31,955 nucleotides of DNA from an uncultured Gemmatimonadales bacterium (lineage in GTDB: Bacteria > Gemmatimonadota > Gemmatimonadetes > Gemmatimonadales > GWC2-71-9): NCBI GenBank assembly GCA_963825055.1, contig CAWGSK010000024.1:1-31955 (forward strand), written 5' to 3'. Position numbers and translations under genes: made by a program. Below the pieces are notes generated by a model. The model was not told where the DNA came from, ran no database searches, and worked only from the letters and a program-made list of their open reading frames with translations. This document shows positions 26,305-31,955 of the stretch, in pieces. Positions within the stretch are counted from its first letter, which is position 1. Each line of letters starts with the position of its first letter.

Positions 26305-27854
26305 GGACACCCGCCGCAGTGGCGATGTTGCTCGCGCTCCTTCCGGCCTATGCCGGTGCGCAGGACAGCACCGTGACGGCGACCGTCACGCAGATTGCCG
26401 GACAGGACGTCTACATCAACGCGGGAAGCGATGCCGGCCTGCACGCGACTGACACCGTGACCGTGCGTCGCGCGGCCGCCGGCCCTGTCCTGGGGCGGAT
26501 GACCGTCTCCGCCGCAACCGGCAGCAGGGCGCTCCTCGGCTTTCTCGACGCACCGTTCCCGCTCACCCGTGGCGATGAGCTGTTCCTCGGGATGCACGGG
26601 GGGGCGGCCCCGGAGGCCGTGCCGGCGCCGGCACCTCCGCGGGTCGCGGCCACGTCACGCCCGCGGACAGAGGCTCCGGGCGGGACCGTGGTGCACGGCC
26701 GCCTGCTGCTGGACGTCGATGGGAACCGCTCGACCACGCGCGGGTTCGGGTCGGACCCCGAGACCACGAGCCGGGACTATGCAACCCCCTCGGCCGGGCT
26801 CCGGCTCCAGGCCACCCGGCTGCCGGGTAACATGGAGTTCAGCACGGACGTCCGGGCCCGCTACCGCTACACCAGCAACGACATCATCTCACCCGCCACT
26901 GCCGTCCGGGTGTACGAGGCCAGCCTGACCCGGCGGCTCCCCGGGTCGGGATTCCTCGTGCGTGCTGGCCGGTTCTATGACCCGTACGAGTATTTCAGCG
27001 GCTACTGGGACGGCCTGATGGTGCACGCCGGCGATGAGGGGTTCGGCGTCGCCGCGCTGGCGGGCTTCGAGCCCGACCGCGGCAACCAGGGGTTCAGCAC
27101 CGACTACGCGAAGGCCAGCCTGGTCGCCCATGCGAGCCGGATCCGCGGGCGCTCCGGGATCCGGACAGATGTGTCGGTGCACCGGGTCATGCCGCGGGAT
27201 TCCTCTCCCGACCATACGTTCGCCGGCTGGTCGCAGGTCGCATGGACCGGCCGGCTTTCCTTCAGCCACAATCTGCAGGTGGACCGGAACCCGGCGAGCG
27301 GGAACTGGAATGTCACCCGCCTGCTGACCCGCCTGACCCTTCCGGTGGGTTCCTCGCTCACGCTGCACGGCGGCTATTCCATCCAGCAGCCCTACCGGCT
27401 GGGCACGACGTTCGGCGCCATCCCCTTCCGCCGGGACCGCGCCACCGCCGGCTTCGACGTCCGCCTCCCGGGAGCGAGCATCGGGGCGGACGTGAGCAAG
27501 GGCCACCAGGAGGGACTGGACGATACCTGGAGCTACTCTGGATCAGTGTACCGGTCGCCGCGGGGCCAGCACGGCGTCGGGATCGGACTCACCGGCACCC
27601 GCTGGACGGAAACGGGAAGCAACGGCGTGCTGCTTGCACCGTCCCTGGACCGGCAGTTTGGCCACTTCACGGTCCGGGGAGGGTACCAGTATTCCCGCAC
27701 CGAGTTCGGCTCCCTCGTCCTCACCACCCATGCCGCCGACCTGGGCGGCACGGTTCCCCTGGGGGGGCGAACCGGGCTGACCCTCCGGGCCCGGTGGCAG
27801 AGCGGACAGCTCTCGAGCACCGGACTGTACGCCGGCTTCTGGTACGGGTTCTGA
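26301..27854 (+). CDS. Putative outer-membrane beta-barrel (porin) with small N-terminal domain
   Basis: TTG start after GGGAGG, signal peptide (…AYAGA|Q), Pro/Ala linker, alternating amphipathic strands and a C-terminal beta-signal GLYAGFWYGF. Confidence 0.78.
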   Translation: MRTPAAVAMLLALLPAYAGAQDSTVTATVTQIAGQDVYINAGSDAGLHATDTVTVRRAAAGPVLGRMTVSAATGSRALLGFLDAPFPLTRGDELFLGMHGGAAPEAVPAPAPPRVAATSRPRTEAPGGTVVHGRLLLDVDGNRSTTRGFGSDPETTSRDYATPSAGLRLQATRLPGNMEFSTDVRARYRYTSNDIISPATAVRVYEASLTRRLPGSGFLVRAGRFYDPYEYFSGYWDGLMVHAGDEGFGVAALAGFEPDRGNQGFSTDYAKASLVAHASRIRGRSGIRTDVSVHRVMPRDSSPDHTFAGWSQVAWTGRLSFSHNLQVDRNPASGNWNVTRLLTRLTLPVGSSLTLHGGYSIQQPYRLGTTFGAIPFRRDRATAGFDVRLPGASIGADVSKGHQEGLDDTWSYSGSVYRSPRGQHGVGIGLTGTRWTETGSNGVLLAPSLDRQFGHFTVRGGYQYSRTEFGSLVLTTHAADLGGTVPLGGRTGLTLRARWQSGQLSSTGLYAGFWYGF

Positions 27855-29167
27855 TGGACCAGGATACCCTGATTATCGGCGGTACGGCCGCGGGCCTCGT
27901 GCTCGTGGCCATCGCGCCGTTCTACCTCCGTACCCGGCGGCTCGAGCGTCGGGCGACACGCGCGGCCGTGGAGGCCGAACGTTACGGCCTGCACGAACCG
28001 GTGAGCCTGCATCCCGTGGTGCATGCCGGCGCGTGTATCGGTACCGGCGCCTGCATCGATGTCTGCCCGGAAGGGGATGTCCTTGGACTGGTGCACGGGC
28101 AGGCGCGTCCCATTGCGCCGGCACGCTGCGTGGGACACGGTCTCTGCGAACGGGCCTGTCCCGTCGAGGCAATCCAGCTCGTGTTCGGGACCGCCACGCG
28201 CGGCGTCGAACTGCCGCGGGTGCGGGCCGATTTCCAGACCAACGTGCCGGGTCTCTATGTGATCGGTGAGCTGGGGGGCATGGGCCTCATCCGCAACGCC
28301 TTCGAACAGGGGCGGCAGTGCGTTGACGGCATCGCGCGCGCGCCAAGGCCCGGCGGGGAGGACCTTGAAGTCCTGATCGTGGGAGCGGGTCCCGCCGGAC
28401 TCTCCGCCTCCCTCGCGTGTCGGGAACGGGGGCTGCGCTTTGCCACCATCGAGCGGGAGGATATCGGCGGGACCGTGCGCTCCTATCCCCGAAAGAAGGT
28501 CGTCATGACCCGGCCCTTCGACATCCCGGGCTGGGGGAAGATCCCCGCCTCCGAGGTGCCCAAGGAGCGCCTGATGGAGATCTGGAGCGAGGTGGTGGAG
28601 CGCACGGGCCTCAGCGTTACGACAGGGACGACCGTTCAGTCAGTGACCCGCCAGGATGACGGGCGGTTCACGGTGGAGACCTCGGGCGGCACCTGGCGGG
28701 CGCACCGGGTGGTGCTGGCGATCGGCCGGCGCGGCATTCCGCGCAAGCTCGGCGTACCCGGCGAGGAGCTGCCGAAGGTTTCCTACTCCCTCCTGGAGCC
28801 CGAAGCGTGGCAGGGCGACCGCATTGTCGTGGTCGGGGGCGGTGATTCCGCGGTGGAGGCGGCCCTGGCCCTGGCGGACCAGCCGGGGAACCAGGTGACG
28901 GTCTCCTACCGGCGCGACCGCTTCAACCGGCTCAAGCCGGGCAACCTCGACCGCGTGGAGCACGCCATCAGCGATGGCACGGTCACGGTGCTCTGGGAAA
29001 GCCGGCTCGAGGCCATCGCCGCGGACCGGGTGACGTGGCAGGACAAGGCCGGTGCCCGGCACGAACTCCCGAACGACCGCGTGTTCATATTTGCCGGCGG
29101 CGAACTCCCCAGCGGGTTCCTGAAGGACTGCGGTATCATCGTGGATACGAAGTTCGGGGAGGCGTGA
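27854..29167 (+). CDS. Membrane-anchored 2x[Fe-S] ferredoxin + TrxR/YpdA-like NAD(P)/FAD oxidoreductase
   Basis: N-terminal TM helix. CIGTGACIDVCP and CVGHGLCERACP. GAGPAG (FAD), AIGRRG, and GGGDSAVEAA plus SYRR (NADPH). Confidence 0.88.
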   Translation: MDQDTLIIGGTAAGLVLVAIAPFYLRTRRLERRATRAAVEAERYGLHEPVSLHPVVHAGACIGTGACIDVCPEGDVLGLVHGQARPIAPARCVGHGLCERACPVEAIQLVFGTATRGVELPRVRADFQTNVPGLYVIGELGGMGLIRNAFEQGRQCVDGIARAPRPGGEDLEVLIVGAGPAGLSASLACRERGLRFATIEREDIGGTVRSYPRKKVVMTRPFDIPGWGKIPASEVPKERLMEIWSEVVERTGLSVTTGTTVQSVTRQDDGRFTVETSGGTWRAHRVVLAIGRRGIPRKLGVPGEELPKVSYSLLEPEAWQGDRIVVVGGGDSAVEAALALADQPGNQVTVSYRRDRFNRLKPGNLDRVEHAISDGTVTVLWESRLEAIAADRVTWQDKAGARHELPNDRVFIFAGGELPSGFLKDCGIIVDTKFGEA

Positions 29168-29173
29168 AGGCAG

Positions 29174-29222
29174 TCACTAGCCACCAGCCACTAGTCACTA
29201 GTCACTAATCACTAGTCACTAA
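29174..29222. repeat. Tandem heptamer repeat (YCACYAR)x7 between convergent genes
   Basis: TCACTAG CCACCAG CCACTAG TCACTAG TCACTAA TCACTAG TCACTAA. Confidence 0.9.
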
Positions 29223-31293
29223 TCCCGTACCCCACCTCCACCCCCACCCACACCGTCCGCCCCGGCCCGGGCTCGAACACCCGGCCGCCAAAACCGTTTG
29301 GCGCGATCGAGGCGACGTAGTCCCGGTCAAAGAGGTTGTGCACTCCGGCAAAGGGCATCACCCGGGCTCCGCGCGAGTCGAGGCGCCAGGACATGCGGAC
29401 GCCCGTGATGCCGGCGCCCCACCCATCGGAGGCAAGTGTGTTGTCGTCGTCGGCCGCCAGGCCGGACTGCATGGCGTGCGTGACGCCCAGCTCGAGGCGC
29501 TCGAGCGGCCGCACGGTGAGGTCGAGCGTCAGGGCGTGCGTCGGCACACCCGGCAGGGTATTCCCGTCCAGCGTGTCGACCACACCGCCGATGTCCAGGC
29601 GATAGCGGGCGAACCGCGCCCGGTTCCAGCTGTAGGAGGCCCGCGCCTCCCAGCGCGGCCGCGCCGCGACCATCCCCAGTTCCACTCCGTCGGCATGCAG
29701 CGATCCGGCGTTGGTGAAGTACGCCCGTCCACCGGATTCCTCGAACGGCACCAGCGCGTCCCTGGTCCGGCCGAGGTAGCCGGTCGCCTCGTAGCTGAGC
29801 CAGCGCAGGGGGCGCCCCCGGACGCCGGCCTCCCACGTGACCGAGCGCTCGGGGCCCAGCTCCCCATTGAATCCGCCCGCGCCGCCCGGCTGGTTGGCAA
29901 GTTCCGTGGTGGTGGGCGTCTCGAAGGCGGTACCTCCCCGGACCCACGGCACCAGGGCGCGCGCAAGGTCCAGGCTCGCCCCGAGGCTCGCGCTCAGCGC
30001 GCCAAGGGTTCGGTGACCGCCGTCGTCGCCGTCGTCCAGGAAATGGTCCGTCACGCCGAAGGCGGTGCGGTCGTATCGGAGCACGGCGTCCACCCTCCAG
30101 CCCGTCCACGGGTGAAGGTCCAGGGTGGTGAAGATGCCGAGGGCGGAGGTGGTCTCCCGCTGGTCGACCAGGAGACTGTCGGTGGGCACGCCGCCGGTGC
30201 TCGCGTGATTGGTACGGTCGTCCCGCTGTCGCTGCCAGTCCACGCCGCCACCGAGGACGGTTCCCGCGCCGAGGACGCGGTGGCCGGCCACCCGCACGCC
30301 GCCCACGAGTCGCGAAATCCCGACCAGCACATTGATGGGCAGCGGGTTGGCCAGGTCGCGGTGGAGGCCGAACACGGTGACGTCCGCCACGGCCTGATGC
30401 CGGTCGTTCCAGGACAGGGTGAATGCCGCCTGCTGCTGCGTCACGTCCTTGCCGGCATTGGTCGCGATGTTGCGCGCGGCCGCGGAATCACGGTTGAGGG
30501 CGAGTTCCCCGGTGGTGAGCGCCCCCGGGTTGTCGCCGCGCGGAGCGTCCACTACAGCCACCAGCGCGCGCAGACTTACCCGCGGCGACGCCTGCCACGC
30601 CGCGGAGGCCTGGAGCCTGGTCGCCTCCGACCTGCTGTGCTGCCGGAAGCCCCGGCTCGTAGCGCGTGATACGCCCAGTGCCACCTCCCCCTGCGCTCCC
30701 CTCGCGCCGACGAACAGTTGTGATCGCCAGAGGTCACCCGACCCGTACTGGCTGCGGAGCGAGGCCTCCTCGGGCGCCGCCGGCCTCCTGGTGGAGAGAT
30801 TGATCACGCCGCCCGCCGCGTTGCCATAGAGGCCGCCGGTCCCGCCGCGGAGTACCTCGACGTTGCCGAGGAGGCCCCAGTCGATGTTGTTGAGCTGGCT
30901 CTGGCCATCGGGAAGGGTCTGGGGGACGCCGTCGAGCAGGATGGTCACGCCGCGAACGCCGAAGGTGGCCCGGGCACCCGCGCCGCGAATCACTATGCGC
31001 TGGTCCAGGGAGGGGTTGAAGCGGTTGGAGACGATGATGCCGGGCAGCAGGGGCAGGACTTCGTCCGGACCCAGGCCGGGCCGGGACCGCATCGCCGCGG
31101 CGGCATCGAGCGTGGAGGCGGCCTGTGGGACGCGAAGCAGCGGGGCGGGCGTTCGGGTGATGGCGATGGAGTCCAGCATGATCGCCATGCTGTCACCCGG
31201 GACCTGGGCGACGGTCGCCGGGGGCCGGCCCGCGATGAGTGCCACCAGGAGGCAGGCAGGTCGCCAGGAGCGCAATGCCCGTATGGGATTCAT
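29212..31293 (-). CDS. TonB-dependent outer-membrane receptor, YncD/PqqU-like
   Basis: Plug motif IRGAGARATFGVRGVTILLDGVPQTLPDGQSQ, VEVLRG…LYGNAAGGVIN, AFETPT..EL and NLFDRDY…FEPGPGR. Start placed at the ATG at 31293 (signal peptide). Confidence 0.9.
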   Translation of the reverse strand: MNPIRALRSWRPACLLVALIAGRPPATVAQVPGDSMAIMLDSIAITRTPAPLLRVPQAASTLDAAAAMRSRPGLGPDEVLPLLPGIIVSNRFNPSLDQRIVIRGAGARATFGVRGVTILLDGVPQTLPDGQSQLNNIDWGLLGNVEVLRGGTGGLYGNAAGGVINLSTRRPAAPEEASLRSQYGSGDLWRSQLFVGARGAQGEVALGVSRATSRGFRQHSRSEATRLQASAAWQASPRVSLRALVAVVDAPRGDNPGALTTGELALNRDSAAARNIATNAGKDVTQQQAAFTLSWNDRHQAVADVTVFGLHRDLANPLPINVLVGISRLVGGVRVAGHRVLGAGTVLGGGVDWQRQRDDRTNHASTGGVPTDSLLVDQRETTSALGIFTTLDLHPWTGWRVDAVLRYDRTAFGVTDHFLDDGDDGGHRTLGALSASLGASLDLARALVPWVRGGTAFETPTTTELANQPGGAGGFNGELGPERSVTWEAGVRGRPLRWLSYEATGYLGRTRDALVPFEESGGRAYFTNAGSLHADGVELGMVAARPRWEARASYSWNRARFARYRLDIGGVVDTLDGNTLPGVPTHALTLDLTVRPLERLELGVTHAMQSGLAADDDNTLASDGWGAGITGVRMSWRLDSRGARVMPFAGVHNLFDRDYVASIAPNGFGGRVFEPGPGRTVWVGVEVGYGISD

Positions 31294-31330
31294 GGTGCCG
31301 TAAGGTAGTATGACGCTGCCCGGTTCCAGC

Positions 31331-31359
31331 TTGAACCACCTCTGGCACCCGGGTACCTT
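31331..31359 (+). promoter_or_regulatory. Putative sigma70 promoter with a very short leader
   Basis: TTGAAC-N17-TACCTT ending 10 nt before the ATG at 31370. No Shine-Dalgarno. Confidence 0.45.
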
Positions 31360-31369
31360 TCGCCCCGCC

Positions 31370-31955
31370 ATGACCCCTGCTTCACGCTACGCCGCTCCCG
31401 ACTTCACCGCGCCGCCGTTCGGCGGCGCGCCCGAGGCCCGGTTCGAGCCCGCCCCCGCCGACGGGGTGATGCCCGAGGGCTTCTTCTCCACCTCCAATCT
31501 TCCGACCTACGCGCAGGTGGACGGGGCGTGGGTCATGCCGGGTCGGCCCCGGATGGACTGCGTGCTGGTGCGGCGTCCCGCCGGTCTGGAGACGGTCGAA
31601 CCGCGCCGGGTGCGAGCCGGCGAGCCGGTCGCCATGGGACTCGCCGAGGATGGCTCGGAGGGGATCTTCGTCCATGCGGCGGCGTTCCTGGCCGGCGCGA
31701 AGGGCCATGCAGAGTTCCAGTTCATGTCCACGGAGGTGAGCCGCGAGCGGCCCGTGAACTACGAGGAACTCGCCCGGCGCCTCGTGGAGGAGCGCGATGC
31801 CGGCGGCAATCTCGTGTGGGTCATCGGGCCGGCCCTGGTGCACAGCCGGGCCCGGCGGGACATGGAGTGGTTCATCGCCAATGGCTTCGTGCAGGCCGTG
31901 CTCGCGGGCAATGCCGTCGCCGTGCACGACATCGAAGCGGCCATCTTCGGCACGA
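31370..31955 (+). CDS. Partial CDS (runs off the window): TIGR00300 / LOR-SDH conserved-region family, ornithine cyclodeaminase-like
   Basis: Translated by hand, since it is absent from the ORF track: MTPASRYAAPDF…PAPADGVMPEGFFSTSNLPT…RMDC…FQFMSTEVSRERP…GPALVHS…LAGNAVAVHDIE. These motifs are characteristic of the family. Confidence 0.8.
   Translation, partial: MTPASRYAAPDFTAPPFGGAPEARFEPAPADGVMPEGFFSTSNLPTYAQVDGAWVMPGRPRMDCVLVRRPAGLETVEPRRVRAGEPVAMGLAEDGSEGIFVHAAAFLAGAKGHAEFQFMSTEVSRERPVNYEELARRLVEERDAGGNLVWVIGPALVHSRARRDMEWFIANGFVQAVLAGNAVAVHDIEAAIFGT

Noticed and set aside
22326..29167. Naming the operon mtrCAB, mtoAB or nrf
   Set aside because: The heme counts (17 and 19), the repeat architecture, the lack of a lipoprotein cytochrome and the lack of a CxxCK motif do not match those systems.
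29174..29222. CRISPR array
   Set aside because: These are 7-bp tandem units with no spacers and no cas genes. The same applies to 7-34 and 7891-7985.
31342..31362. Sigma54 promoter at CTGGCAC (31342)
   Set aside because: The -24 element is good, but there is no TTGC at the required spacing.

Overview
GC-rich bacterial chromosomal window; my impression from gene content is Gemmatimonadota-like, but this is unverified. Most of it is housekeeping: adk, map, suhB-type IMPase, trpS, purA, ypdA, glyQS, a Cys/Met PLP lyase, an HDAC-family deacylase, an Ala-Glu epimerase, priA and a Ser/Thr dehydratase. Two accessory loci stand out. (1) A minus-strand type IV minor-pilin operon (FimT-, PilV-, PilW- and an enlarged PilX-like gene, 7986-12079). 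Its 5' leader holds a GEMM-I cyclic-dinucleotide riboswitch (12087-12162) with A at the specificity position 20, the signature of 3',3'-cGAMP sensors, and its P1 helix overlaps the Shine-Dalgarno sequence. (2) A five-gene operon (22326-29167) behind a sigma54-like promoter. It encodes a His-rich inner-membrane protein, 17-heme and 19-heme c-type cytochromes, an outer-membrane beta-barrel, and a membrane-anchored ferredoxin/NAD(P)H-flavoreductase that looks circularly permuted. Together these look like a trans-envelope electron conduit. Also present: a ubiquitin-like small protein without the GG tail, a degenerate PilT paralog, a YncD/PqqU-like TonB-dependent receptor, intergenic heptamer repeats and a partial TIGR00300-type ornithine cyclodeaminase-like gene at the right edge. 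No CRISPR array, tRNA, rRNA or transposase was seen.
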